Below, piece by piece: positions 12,474 to 24,753 of a stretch of DNA of 64,000 nucleotides. Position 1 is the stretch's first letter. Each line of letters starts with the position of its first letter. The position numbers were made by a program, and so were the translations under genes. The notes under the pieces are model-generated. The model was given only the letters and a program-made list of their open reading frames with translations. It was not told the origin of the DNA and made no database searches. This DNA is from Anolis carolinensis (Eukaryota), in the NCBI RefSeq assembly GCF_035594765.1, contig NW_026943824.1, positions 3,305,666 to 3,369,665 of the forward strand, given 5' to 3'.

Positions 12474-14354
12474 AATACTTCTGGAACATGGCCACACAGC
12501 CCGAAAGACATACAACAACCCAGTATTCTTCTAGTTTGGAAACATTGGTCAACTCGGGAATAAACAGCTCAGTCTCAAAATCATAAGCATATTGTCTATT
12601 TGCAAAACAAACATCATAGAAGAAAGAGCGGTTTGTCTGTTGCTGTTTGGAAGACAATGAGGCGTGTTTCCTCTTTGACTTGTCTCCAAACGTCCTCATT
12701 GAAAACATTCACAGCACTTGGCAAGCCAAGATTGCAAAACTCTAGGGAAATATCCGAAATGGGTTTCGAACTGTTTTTAATGCTACAGTGTAGATGCATC
12801 CTTAAGGCCACTAAGACAACCAAGCACAAACGTGGCAGCCCCACTCCAAATTCCTTCTCCACCCTTGCGTTTGGGTTGCTCTTCCAACAATCTGATCCCA
12901 GGTAATGTGCTTTGAAGTGGATTATATGAGTCTCCACTGCCATATAATCTGGGATAAGCAGATAACCTGGGATCAGATCCTGGGATATAAGGACAGTGTA
13001 GAAGGGGCATCAGAAAAGCCATTTCTCGGAGACCACAGCACCCTCTCGTGGCCACAAAGCACACATTAGAGAACAGATCACACATCCAAAGAGACTAAAG
13101 ATGTGTCCACAGTGTAGAATTAATGCAGCCTGACACCACTTTAACTGTCATGGCTCAGTGTTAAAAATTCATGGCAGTTGTAGCTTGGCAAGGCACCAGG
13201 GCTTTTGGGTAAAGGAAGCTAGTTTTTGCAAAACAAACTCCTATGTGTTGTTTTGAAGGCTTTCACGGCCAGAATCACTGGGTTGCTGTGTGTCTGGAAC
13301 ATGGACATACAGCCCAGAAAACTCACAGCAACCCAAAAACTACCATTATCCTATAGCATTGAGCCATGGGAGGAATCCTACATTTTAAATGCACCTTTAG
13401 AATCATAACATTGAAAGAGGTCTCCAGAAACCATCCAGCCCAACCTCCTGCTGGGAAGGAAGAAACAATCAAAGCGCTCCCGACAGATGCCCTGCTTAAA
13501 ACTCCATCTGGAGCAGCATAATAGCAGTGTTGGCCACTACTGAGTCTTTCCCATAGGTCAGTTGGCTGTGCCCATCCACATCAAGCTTCTGAATGTGAGC
13601 ATTGCATGACTCATCTCCATCTCTTAGCACATTTCTCTCTCGCGCTCCCTCTTCACACCCATTCAATCGGCACAAAATAGCTTTCTACTCCATCGCCTGC
13701 GGAGACCACTTGATATAGCCAGCTGGCATTTTCCAATGACCTTAATGAAAGAAAGTGTGAGGCCAAGAGCCAAAAAAAGATGCGCAAATCGGAGCCATCG
13801 GGCACAGCTTTCCAGCAGAGAGAATCTCATCTGCGCACCGAGGATAGAATTGAATGAAGAATATATCAAATGAGGTGAAGCAAAGTAGTAGCAGTACAAG
13901 TCTGTTAACCTGGCATACAATTGGGTCCTCACATTTTTCATATTTAACTCTTCCCTGATTGGATATATTTCTGGAGAGAATATATCACTGAGGATGGTTG
14001 CCATAAATGTGGGCAAAATATCAGGAGAGAATGTGTCTGGAACATGGCCATAAACTCACAGCAACCCAGTATTTAATTGTTTTTAAGTTTTGTATTTGCC
14101 ATTTTTAAATTAATTGGGTTATGTCATGTTATTGTAAACCAACCTTGGTGGAAAGGTGGGGTAGAAATAACTTAATTGATAAATAGATACGGGTCTTGTA
14201 AAGGAAAATACCACATGAGGCTACAGATAATTTGTGGGTCCCTAGTGACTTATGTTTGAGGCACATAGAGTACAGATTCAAACGGATGCAAAATCTGACA
14301 GGCAACATCAAACCAAGGCATTTCAATGTTTCAAATGACACCCAAGACCGCTTC

Positions 14355-14588
14355 CTTTGTTAAGCATACAGGTCTGCTTTATTTCCAATCTTCAACCAGT
14401 GGAGAGATCCTGTCACAATCTGAAGGGAGGAGGGTAAAGCCCACTGTAGTGCTGCTTCAGCACACTAAAGCACGCCGCGCAGAGAACGGTTCTTTTGCTG
14501 GTCATTGCCCTGACAAAACCCACGCCGGTCCGTGCGTTTGGGATGCAGTCCATTGCAAACTGAAGCATGGTGTGTTTGTGGCAAGATG
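14355..14588 (-). other. EIF3B: Probable EIF3B non-coding terminal (3' UTR) exon with poly(A) signal
   Basis: Acceptor CCCATTTTCCAG| at 14589-14590; AATAAA on the minus strand at 14378-14383. Confidence 0.65.
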
Positions 14589-15032
14589 CTGGAAAATGGG
14601 CCAAGGCTGTGCTTGAAAGGGCAACAGTTCCAAGCTGCCCAGTTAGGGAGCCCTGCTCAGATGTGCCAAGCAGCAAATACTGGTGGTAGAATATTAAAAA
14701 TTAAGCTACACCCTCCCCTGGGGATAGAATAAAAATTTAAAAGCAGTGCCTTTTAAGGACCCCACGGGAGGCAGTGAGAACCAGAAGGCACTACAATGTG
14801 TCAGAATGAATAAACCCTATGCATTCACCGTCCAGAGAGATAAGATGGAGTTCTAAAAATTCCAAGCTGTGTAGACCTTTTGAAAATGAACACTTTCCCT
14901 TCTCGATATTAGATGTGGTGGTGCTGCAAGAGAAAGAGGAGAAAATTAACGTTGGGACTTGGGTATTTCAACAAGCTTCCCACCACCACTTTTTACTATC
15001 TTTTACAAAGAGAGCTTACCACAGTTTTCGGA

Positions 15033-15136
15033 TTACTCTGGCTCTACAACTGTAATTATTTCTTCATTGATAAAAAATTCAACGGTCTCCTCCTCCCAGT
15101 CGTCTACATTGCTGTCCAGCTCATCGGTGTCCACTC
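15033..15136 (-). CDS. EIF3B: EIF3B exon 18 (last coding exon, TAA stop)
   Basis: [34 protein letters not shown]; donor GTG|GTAAGC lies 13 nt after the stop. Confidence 0.95.
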
Positions 15137-18100
15137 CTGGAACAAAAGGAAAATTAGACCTGGATTCACCTTTAATCTTTTCCCAACCTCAGAATGACGC
15201 GTGCTATTCGGTTACAATTCCCATTATCTCATTATGTTTGCAAGGCAATGTTTCCCAAGTTACCTCCTCTGAGTTCGAGCCGCTCATTCCTCTGTTCCAT
15301 GTACAGCTCTTGCGCCATCTTGCGGTATTTCTTGAACTCTTCCATCATCGTTCGTCTCCTATCTACCAATTCCTACAGAAAACAAGGTTGCTGTTAAAAC
15401 CTGCCATCAAATTGTACTTAGAAACTTCTCCAACTGTTATGATTTGGAAAAAGCGGTTTCTTCCTTGTGAACTACTTCAACAGACTAGCAATACCAAGCA
15501 GTTTTCTTTTATAAAAAGAATGTTTACTTTTATAAATTGCATCACTTCAGGATTTGGCCAAAGACAGTTTGGGGCACTTTTCACAAAATATAAATTCTGC
15601 TCTATTTTTCCTGAGGAAGAATGATTTACAGTTTACCTTTGAGGCTTTAGATTGGCTGAGACGATCTTTCTGTTCAAATATTTTGGAGTAGCGCTTCAGG
15701 TCTTTCTTGATTTGCTACAAGAAGAAAAAAATAGAGCATGTCAAGAAGGTTTTCTTCTTAATGTAGACAGCTGATTATATGCGGTTTTCAAGCACTCAAT
15801 AATCTATGTGGATGTGGTTACACAGTTATGGGGTCTAATTGTAGGAAATTACACAAAGCCTCTCACTAGAAGGGGCACAACACCTTTATCTGATCTTGGG
15901 TGAGCAAAGTAGGCGGCCTGGGTCTCCACAGTAACTGGCAGAATCGGTCTTTGTTGTTCTTCTGGAGGAGACGTCCTTGGAAAGTCCACAGCCAATAGGC
16001 ATTGTCCACCTGGAAATACATTACGATCAAGTTGTAACATACAAGCTGCAGGATTCTGTGGTAGTCAGCATGCAGGAAACCAGCCCAATTGCAGTAATAC
16101 AATGTGAAACAACATCTAAACTCAACAAACACGTGCTTTCACTTTCATATGGTAAACGTTTAGAATAATGATCTGAATTGTGTGGAAAAATGCATTCCAG
16201 CAGACTGTCATTCACAAGCAGAAATCAAAGCATCACAATGAAATGAGGAAACAGCCTGAAAAACTCCCAGGAATGAAAAAGGGAAATAAAAACAGTGAGC
16301 AGTGTTATCACGAATAGGCCCAACAAGGGCTTAAATACAAATGGCTATCTAAATGAGTAACAACGCACTCAATCTCTTAAAATATAAGTTGGATAAAATA
16401 CAAGGACAGTTTTCAGAATACCTTGTGACTCCACCAAGACACAGAGGTTATGACATAACGGCCTGTGGGATCCCATTCGACATCGGAGGCAGTGTAATGC
16501 TCAGCAATGTTCATCATGGTGCAGTCAGACGTATCTACAAATGCTAAGGCACCATTCATGCTGCATGGAAAGAAAAAAAATGTATATATTGTACACACAC
16601 ACACTTTTTGGAAAAGAGACTTCTATTTCTTACATATTAAAAAAATGAATTATCTCAGTTTCTATAGAACAGTTCCAAGCCACAGTTCACTTTACAACCC
16701 AGAAATATTAAATAGCTATGAGGCACCGGGGAACTATTTTATGTGAATCCACATGAACAAAAATCTCAAAGAAATTCAAAATGCCCTTTGCTTGAAACAG
16801 ATATGGCTTTGATGTTTTCAAGGAAGAGAAACCTAAACTTCCGTTTTATGAAAACAACTTCTGCATCTACAGATACAGTAGCCTGTAAGGGACTATAATA
16901 GCAAAACAATAACATCCTAAGAAAATAACTATGTTGCATTTGCCACTGAGACACCTTCTTAAGTTTGTCATGATATTCACCTCCTGAGACCAGCCAGCAC
17001 CACAAACTGTCCTTGAGGACTCCAGAATATCGTGTTGGCTTGCTGCTTGTCAAAGATTTCTGAGAAGGGGGGAAAAAAGACCACAAAGTTATTATTTAAC
17101 TTCTTTCACATTTAGTTAATGAGGTATCTAATAATAAATCCACACAAACCACAGTATTCCTTTAATCCTAAGACACACTTTTAAGTCATGAAAATAACAT
17201 CCTAAAAAGTGGGTTCCAGAAGTCATTCTGGATGTTGGCACACTTTGCACAAAAGCTTTTCAAACTCCTATTGATGGCAACAGCAGGAACGACACTTACT
17301 AATGAGTTCTATCTTCCCATTGTTCTTCACATGGTAAAAGGAACAGGATATCCGTGGCGATTCTCCATGCAGCACAGCAAACTTGCTTCCATTTGGTTCC
17401 CAAGCAAAGGCTATGATGCTTTCTGCAAGAAAAGACAATCTTATAAGGCTGGTAATATTAGCTCAGCAAAGTGGAAATAGGAAGAACAGAGATTCTATGA
17501 ACACCTTTCCAATTCATGGCATAAAGATCATCCAAACTGTCTTCAGATTATCTAAAAACAAATGGCACAGGGACTCAAATGAAAACAAGCAGGTCTGGAC
17601 TTGGTCAGGCATTAGTTGCGTGCCTACCTGGGAACCCTGTATAAGCCAATGTGAGCAGGACACAGACTTAACTATTAACTGTAAGAAGGAATTATGGCTC
17701 CTGAAGCCAATGATGCCCCTCTCATCTTAAAAAAGGATGCAGAAATAAAAAAATGAGAGTAAGGAAAGCCCCATATTATCACACAACATCTATCTTAAAT
17801 GCATCCTTTACCTTTCATTTCCACCACATCAACTGGGACTTGCTTCTCCCTCATGCGGAAGATTTCAAAGTTGGTCACTACACCCTGGAAAGAAAACACA
17901 TGCACATAATCATTCTAAGAATTCAGAGGAAGCTTGCTTAATAGAGTGAAAGTAGCTGGCTTGTGACCATTTACATTTGAGCACTCATCTGCATACATCA
18001 TCTCATTTCAAACAGAAATAAGCATGCGATCTACAGTACGTTTTTGCTCTACACTTTACACTCTACACAAATTTTCTGATTAAAAAACAGACTTGCATCC

Positions 18101-21100
18101 AAAAGACATCCTAGTGACGGTACCTACCTGCAAATGCTAAGCTAGAGCATTAGAACCCAAATTAGCCTGTATCAATAATAAAATAATAGTCAATTATAGT
18201 CAATAATAAAAAACAAAATTTCTCAAGAGTATCAACCAGTTTAATGGACAAACAAGAGAGCTTTGTACCTGTGTCCCCTTAGGGGTCCTGTCAACCTTCA
18301 CACAGAGATAATCCCCATTCTTTTGCCAATGCAGCTTGCAGTCCACCACATTGAACAGGTTTCGGACTCTCATCTCTTGTCGGGAAGGCAGTTGCATCAG
18401 GGTCACCCTTGCGGGGATATCTTTGTCTTCAGGAACCCAAAAGGCAATTATGTTGCCACCGGGAGACCAGGAGAAGTCTCTGATGGACAAAAAGCAGAAA
18501 TTAAAAACTACAACATTGCTGCATCTTAAAACATTTATTTAAACAAGAGCATAAAGTCTATTTTCTCAGACTATCAGTCAAGGAGTGACACTCATTTATA
18601 TTCTAGAAAAATGGAAATTGAGCACATCAATGGTAATCAAAAGGGAAGTGAAGCATACTTACTTGATCCCTTGGATTTTCAAACTCTTCTTGTCCAACAG
18701 ACCCATAGACTGCAAGAGAAGACATCAAGAAAGTCATTTTTGCAAACTCATACTCTACTCATATAAAACCTTCATAGCAGCGAGGGAAGGAAGGAAGGAG
18801 AGAGAGGGAGACTAATTAACTTACAGGTGTTTCATAGATGCTAAGTGTATCAGATGTCATTCGAGCAAAGAATTTTCCATCATGACTCCACCTAAAAAGA
18901 AAGAATTTCAAGAAATCTGATTTAGTTTTCTTTGACAACTATATATATCTATGTATCTTTTGTTGCATGGGCGGTGTCATCTGTATAACATACTTAAAAA
19001 TGGGCCAATGTGCTGAGCTTTCACAGTGGAATCCTCGCTTCTTCTGTCCAGTTAAGGTATCCCAGATAATGATCGCTTGAGGGTCATCTTGAGTGTCCAT
19101 CAGAGGACTGAAGGTTACTAGATACCTTCACACAGAGAGGGAAAAAAAGATGTATTATAGCAACATATACATTAAAATCGCCTTTTCAAATATAGTTTGT
19201 ATCCTTTAAAACCAAGTCTGAAAACTGTTCCTGGTTTATAAAGTTGAATAAAAATACATATCTTTTGTATTGTCAGTGATTGTGCCTTGTTTTTGTTTTT
19301 TTTTTATCAAAAGGCATATTTTCTGTTTTTCCAGTCTTGGTCTGTGATTTTTTTTTTTGGGGATGTATGATACTAATGTCTGCAGGAGGTTGTGTCTAAC
19401 AGCCAAGAGACTATTCTTGATGTCAGCATGACTCAGGAAAAGACAGGCATCCCATTCAGGCCCGGCTCAATTGGCCAAGTCAGAAAATTAAATTAAGACC
19501 ACACTGGCCAGTTTTCAACAGAGCTATTTACAACTGCTTGGGCAGCAGTCCAAACTATCAGCTTCACACTGTGTCCTGCAAAGTATGCAATACAAATAAA
19601 CAGGACATGGAGAACACTGGGATGACTGAATGGCATAGCCTTGAAAAACATGATCCATCTCGTCCTATCACCTCTCTTTCAAATGTGGTAGAACTACAAC
19701 TACCATCATCCTTCACCAATAGGTTGGCTGGCACATTGCCTATCTCTATATCAAGATTTCTATATGAATAACATGCTCTGTTTTGATACCCAAGCATTTC
19801 ATATTCTACAGAACCTTACTGGACACTTTGTCAGTATCTTTATAACGGTCAGTTCCTGAATTACTGAACATTCAACTCAAAACAATCAAATACAACTTGA
19901 ACAAAGATTTTAAAGTCAGATTACATTTGTCACTTAACTCACCAACATGATTGTATCTGTGATATTATCCAACAATTGTGAATGATCACAATGATGGTAA
20001 TTATCACTTTCTACTCCCAGGTCCCACTGCCCTCACTTTTTACCATTGACAAATCTGCCAACTTAAGATTAATGCTTCACACATATAACAAACTGGAGAG
20101 TGTCCCAAAAGCAGGTGGCAACAGCAACATTTTTTCTGGCTCTTTCAGATGCAACAGGATCCTTGAGAGTACCTTTCACAAGGAGAGAAGTCAATGAGCT
20201 GAACTCCCTGATGGCCAAATTTCTGAATCTGTTTGAATTTCTCTCCACCCCACAGTGCAATGCCTCTCTGATGGAATGTAGCCAGATAGGTGCCCTTTGG
20301 AGACCAGCGTACATACGTTTCTGTCCATCGCTGTGGGGAACAAAATATGCAGCATATGTTTTTTTATCTTGCTTAAAAATAGATGTACAAAATATTACTT
20401 GAAGAATGCTGCATAGATCCCAGAACCCTAAAAAGAGGTTTAAAGTGAGAGGGAAGTAATACTGAGCTCATCACTGGGCAGGAGTTAAAAGTTATGAGTT
20501 TCAATTCATACTCTGGCCCTTAATAAGTTGACTTCATCAAATGGGCACACCGCAAGCTATAATAACTATAACCCTCTTTCTCTCCACATATATACATACT
20601 GCATGCCAATAAATAGGAAGGTAAAATATAATAAGAATAAGAATAATTTATTTATATCCTGCACCAATCTCCCTGCAAGAGACACTTACAGTTCGCTCCT
20701 CAATTGTGACAGGATCTTTGACATCATTCCAGTATATAGTTGTCCTATCTCCAGATTCAAAGATCACACTGTACTGATCTCTACAATCTGGATCCTCCAA
20801 CCAGTAGCGCAAATTCCCCTGCACAAAAAGAAAATGTAAAACTGCCAAATAACAATGTGTTATATTATCACACTTTCTCTTTCCTTCATATTACATGGCT
20901 ATCTGGCTATAGGAAAACAAACAAATTCTCATCATTTTAAGCTACTCCATAAGAACAACGTTAAGCAGAAAATATTAGGCCTTCAGATAGTTCTAAGGAG
21001 GAAATCAAGGAATGCATTTTCCTTTATACAACTACAAATTTTTCATTTGTTCTGCTGATAATAAGCATAGGGGTTTAAGATTAAACTTTACAAACCAACG

Positions 21101-24100
21101 TATTTTCAGACTCTTACCAGATCTTTAAATGGCTGCTTTTCTGGAATTTCCCACTCATCACTGATTGTCATATATCTGAAAGAGTGATTAAACCCATTAT
21201 ACACATATATGTGTGTGTGCATTTATAAAACTCAACCTTGTCTTTCTAAGGAAGAATGTATCCAAAACTGCACCTACTTGTCAAAGTCAGTGAAAAGGTT
21301 CACTCTGAAAGTATGCTGCTTGTCCAGCTTGTAGCCATCTGCATTTTTAACAGCATCTATGGCATGAGTTGGAGACATGTATTCCAAGAAAATATACCTG
21401 CAAAAATGCAAGTAAATTGACTTAATGTTAGCAGTAGCAACTTTATTTGGGATCACAGTGCACTTAGAGGTGTATCAAATAAAGGGGTAAAATACTCTGG
21501 ATTCAAGCAAAATTAGCAATGACATCAATACTTCAACTGGATATAATTTAATACCAATCCTTTTCTTGCTCTCTGTCAAAAACAGCTTCCAGCTTTGTTC
21601 GTAAAAATAAGCAAATGTCATATGATGTTGAACAACAGCTGGGATGGCAACCAGCTCTTGGCAAGACCCTTCCCTTCACATACAGCAAGCATTCTTTCAA
21701 GGGCAGGAACATTGGTTCAATCTGCATGGTGTCCAAAAACACCACTAAGAAATAAACTTGAGATACCACTCACACCACACACATTTCAACTGGGCGAGAA
21801 ACTAAGATTCAAAAATGAACTGAACAGGGTGGAATAAAAATGGGAGGTCTGTTTAAGGCCAGCAGAATGAGCAATGGAAATTTTGACAGGAATTTGAAGA
21901 TATAACATATGAGAAGGAAGATGACTGCAAGCACACTAGCCATGTAGCAACAACCTCCAGACTATTTTCAAGAACTATACCATGGTATGACAAGATATCA
22001 TCCTTCATTCCAACTTTGAAGCTACAGAGATGTGTATAAAACATGTGTCTGACAATCCCCGATCCCAGCAAAGATCTCCAATTGAGGTCTCCTTGACTGT
22101 TTGGAATTGTAGCATTATGTGCACCTCACCTTTGAGTCTCTAAGGAGCACATTACACATCTACCCACTTAGAAACAGCAGGACCATACTTATGTCCTCAC
22201 CCTTTGGTCTGTCCATCAGCTTCAGGGTAGAATTCATTCGTAATGTTACCAAACTTTGAAAAAATCTTATGGATAACATTCTTCAGTTTCTCAAGACGGT
22301 CTGGTCCAACCTGAGGAACATTGTCCACTACAATCACTGAATCAATTCCATCTGCCTCCTGTGGGCGTTCTTGTAGAATATCACCAAGTAATTCTGTGGA
22401 AGGTAAGATAAGGGAAAATTGACATACAGAGTCTATGAAGGAAAGGAATAGCCAAGCCCACAACTATATTTAAAATCCTATGAAGTCCTCCTATGCTGCC
22501 AGAGACCCTTTGTGTCAGGGTGGGGAATATGCCATCCATCAGCTTCCAACAGTATATCCATCTATAAACGTAATGGAAGTTGTAATCTAACCGTGTGTAG
22601 AGAGGTATACGCTCCCCACCCCTTTTCTTGTCAAATGCTTTGAGGAGCATCGTAGCATCATTATAATTAGCAAGGAAATTATGTTCAAAGTCTTTAATCA
22701 GAGCAACTGAACAAGTTTTCCTGGCTTTCCAGGAGTCATTTAATCATATCCAGAAGTAAATCAAGACGAAACCAAGGTACTGTTGCCTTTCACTAAATGT
22801 ATCTGTCCCTTCCACAAAATGGACTGACAGAACCAATGTTACTACACAACTAGAATCCTTGCAAAACTATATTTGTGTACTTCAAGATCTTCACAAAGTT
22901 CAAATTAAATCACAATCTGTAAATGCAAATAAAGAATTATACACAGAGCTAAGCTGCTTGCTTGATACTTCTAAACAAGACTATTTTCTGTAAGACTAAT
23001 GCAGTATGGCAACACAATGCTATACATTGTAAAACAATCGCAGAAAGATGGAAGCTTCCTCTAGTTTAAGTATTTATACTGATTCTAGCCACTATTATAA
23101 CTGCTCAGACAGCAGTTTGCCGTTCGGATGAACTCAGCCCATAAAATTCTGAAATAAAACAAGACATGTTTGTTTTTTATGCGTTCCTGTCAGGATAACT
23201 GGAGGTCTTTTGTTTTCCATTGTGCTTAGAATAACTCACAACTGTCCAGCAAAGAACTCTGCTCTAGGACACTTGGAGGGAGGGCTGGAGAGGAACTTCT
23301 GACAGGCCTCTCCTCCCATTCTCTGGTGTATGCTTTTTAACTGTATTGCTTTTTAAAGTGGGGAGTCGTTTGTGAAGAAAGCAGAGCACAAACAACTACA
23401 GTAGAGTCTCACTTATCCAACATTCTGGATTGTCCAACGCATTTTTGTAGTCAATGTTTTCAATATATCATGATATTTTGGTGCTAAATTTGTAAATACA
23501 GTAACTACAGTACTACATAGCATTAATGTGTAATGAACTACTTTTCCTGTCAAATTTGTTGTATAACATGATGTTTTGGTGATTAATTTGTAAAATCATA
23601 ACCTATTTTGGTGTTTAATAGGCTTTTTCTTAATCTCTCCTTATTATCCAATATATTCGCTTATCCAATGTTCTGCCAGCTGGTTTATGTTGGACAAGTG
23701 AGACTCTACTGTACAATCACAGGAGGAAAAGTAATAATATTAATAGCATAATAATAATAGCCACCTTCCTCTTCGATGTCATCCACAAAGTCCTCTGGGG
23801 GTTGGTGCTCATCTCCATTTCTAAGCCGAAGAGCTGGCATTGTCCGTAGACACCTCCAAGATCATGTGGCTGGCATGACTGCATGGAGTGCCGTTACCTT
23901 CCCGCCAGAGCAGTACCTATTGATCTACTCACATTGGCACGTTTTCGAACTGCTAGGTTGGCAGGAGCTGGGGCTAACAGCGGGCGCTCATTCCGCTCCC
24001 GGGATTTGAACCTGGGACCTCGTCACCGGGGCTCCTAAGTGACACTCAACTGTAATTGTATTGCTTTTTAAAGAGTCATTTGTGAAGAAAGGAAGGCACA

Positions 24101-24753
24101 AACAACTACAACCCAGGAGGAAAAGTAATAACATTAATAGCATAATCATAATAATAATAGCCACCTTCCTCGTCGATGTCATCCACAAAGTCCTCGGGGT
24201 CACTGAAAGAGATGTCCTCCTCCTCCTCCTCCTCGTCTTCTTCCTCCTCTGGTTCCTTCTCTGAGGGAGGAGGCTCCTCGCCCGCCTTCTCCTCCTCCTC
24301 CGGCCCGGGAGGCTGCTTCTCCTCGACTGTGGTGATGGACTGCTCCTCCTTTGGCTCTTCTTCCTCCTCCTTCTGCTCCTCTTTGGCTTCCTCTCCTGGA
24401 TATTTCTCCTCAGAAGCTTCCACCAGGCCTTCCTCGGCCTCCTCTTTCCCCCCCTCCTCCTCCTCTTCCTTCACTTCAGGGCTGGGGGGCTTGGGCTTCT
24501 CCTCAGCGGTGGGAGGCGGGGGCGAGGCCGGCTTCTCCTGCTCTGGAGCCCGTTCTCCCTTCTCGCCGTCCTCCTCTTCCTCCGGCAAGGCCTCAGCCTC
24601 GGCCTTCCTCCCCTCAGGCTCCTCCGAGGCAGTAGGCCTAGGCCCGTCCGGCTTCCCAGCCCCTTCGGAGCCCTCCTCCGCTTCCTCGCCGGGCTTCTCT
24701 GCTTCCGCCCCGTCGGGAACGGCAGGCGCCAGGCTCTCCTCGGTCTCCTGCAT
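15033..24753 (-). CDS. EIF3B: Eukaryotic translation initiation factor 3 subunit B, complete spliced CDS (18 coding exons, 844 aa)
   Basis: complement(join(15033..15136,15264..15372,15637..15714,15884..16009,16422..16560,16981..17059,17300..17422,17812..17884,18269..18479,18663..18709,18825..18891,18994..19125,20173..20330,20690..20818,21118..21175,21278..21397,22201..22393,24165..24753)). All introns are GT-AG with consistent phases, total 2535 nt. Peptides match the eIF3b RRM ([30 protein letters not shown]) and beta-propeller ([29 protein letters not shown]). Confidence 0.97.
15264..15372 (-). CDS. EIF3B: EIF3B exon 17
   Basis: [36 protein letters not shown]. Confidence 0.95.
15637..15714 (-). 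CDS. EIF3B: EIF3B exon 16
   Basis: [26 protein letters not shown]. Confidence 0.95.
15884..16009 (-). CDS. EIF3B: EIF3B exon 15
   Basis: [42 protein letters not shown]. Confidence 0.96.
16422..16560 (-). CDS. EIF3B: EIF3B exon 14
   Basis: [46 protein letters not shown]. Confidence 0.96.
16981..17059 (-). CDS. EIF3B: EIF3B exon 13
   Basis: [25 protein letters not shown]. Confidence 0.95.
17300..17422 (-). CDS. EIF3B: EIF3B exon 12
   Basis: [41 protein letters not shown]. Confidence 0.95.
17812..17884 (-). CDS. EIF3B: EIF3B exon 11
   Basis: [24 protein letters not shown]. Confidence 0.95.
18269..18479 (-). CDS. EIF3B: EIF3B exon 10
   Basis: [31 protein letters not shown]...[11 protein letters not shown]. 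Confidence 0.96.
18663..18709 (-). CDS. EIF3B: EIF3B exon 9
   Basis: [16 protein letters not shown]. Confidence 0.95.
18825..18891 (-). CDS. EIF3B: EIF3B exon 8
   Basis: [22 protein letters not shown]. Confidence 0.95.
18994..19125 (-). CDS. EIF3B: EIF3B exon 7
   Basis: [44 protein letters not shown]. Confidence 0.96.
20173..20330 (-). CDS. EIF3B: EIF3B exon 6
   Basis: [53 protein letters not shown]. Confidence 0.96.
20690..20818 (-). CDS. EIF3B: EIF3B exon 5
   Basis: [43 protein letters not shown]. Confidence 0.96.
21118..21175 (-). CDS. EIF3B: EIF3B exon 4
   Basis: [19 protein letters not shown]. Confidence 0.95.
21278..21397 (-). CDS. EIF3B: EIF3B exon 3
   Basis: [40 protein letters not shown]. 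Confidence 0.96.
22201..22393 (-). CDS. EIF3B: EIF3B exon 2 (RRM)
   Basis: [28 protein letters not shown]...GQTKG; AG/GT boundaries. Confidence 0.96.
23793..24035 (-). mobile_element. Sauria SINE in EIF3B intron 1
   Basis: Reverse complement of SINE head (B-box-like GGTTCAAATCCC) and body. Confidence 0.8.
24165..24753 (-). CDS. EIF3B: EIF3B exon 1 (acidic low-complexity N-terminus)
   Basis: ATG MQETEES...[15 protein letters not shown]; donor AAG|GTGGC. Confidence 0.9.

Larger units (their letters stand above)
11838..12521. mobile_element. Penelope-like insertion with inverted pLTR
   Basis: 11838-12105 is the reverse complement of about 12284-12521; the spacer encodes the REAIEIHK...NFNRKEE endonuclease tail. 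Confidence 0.8.

Noticed and set aside
14959-15624. 221-aa plus-strand ORF
   Set aside because: Antisense to EIF3B exons 17-18; no recognisable protein
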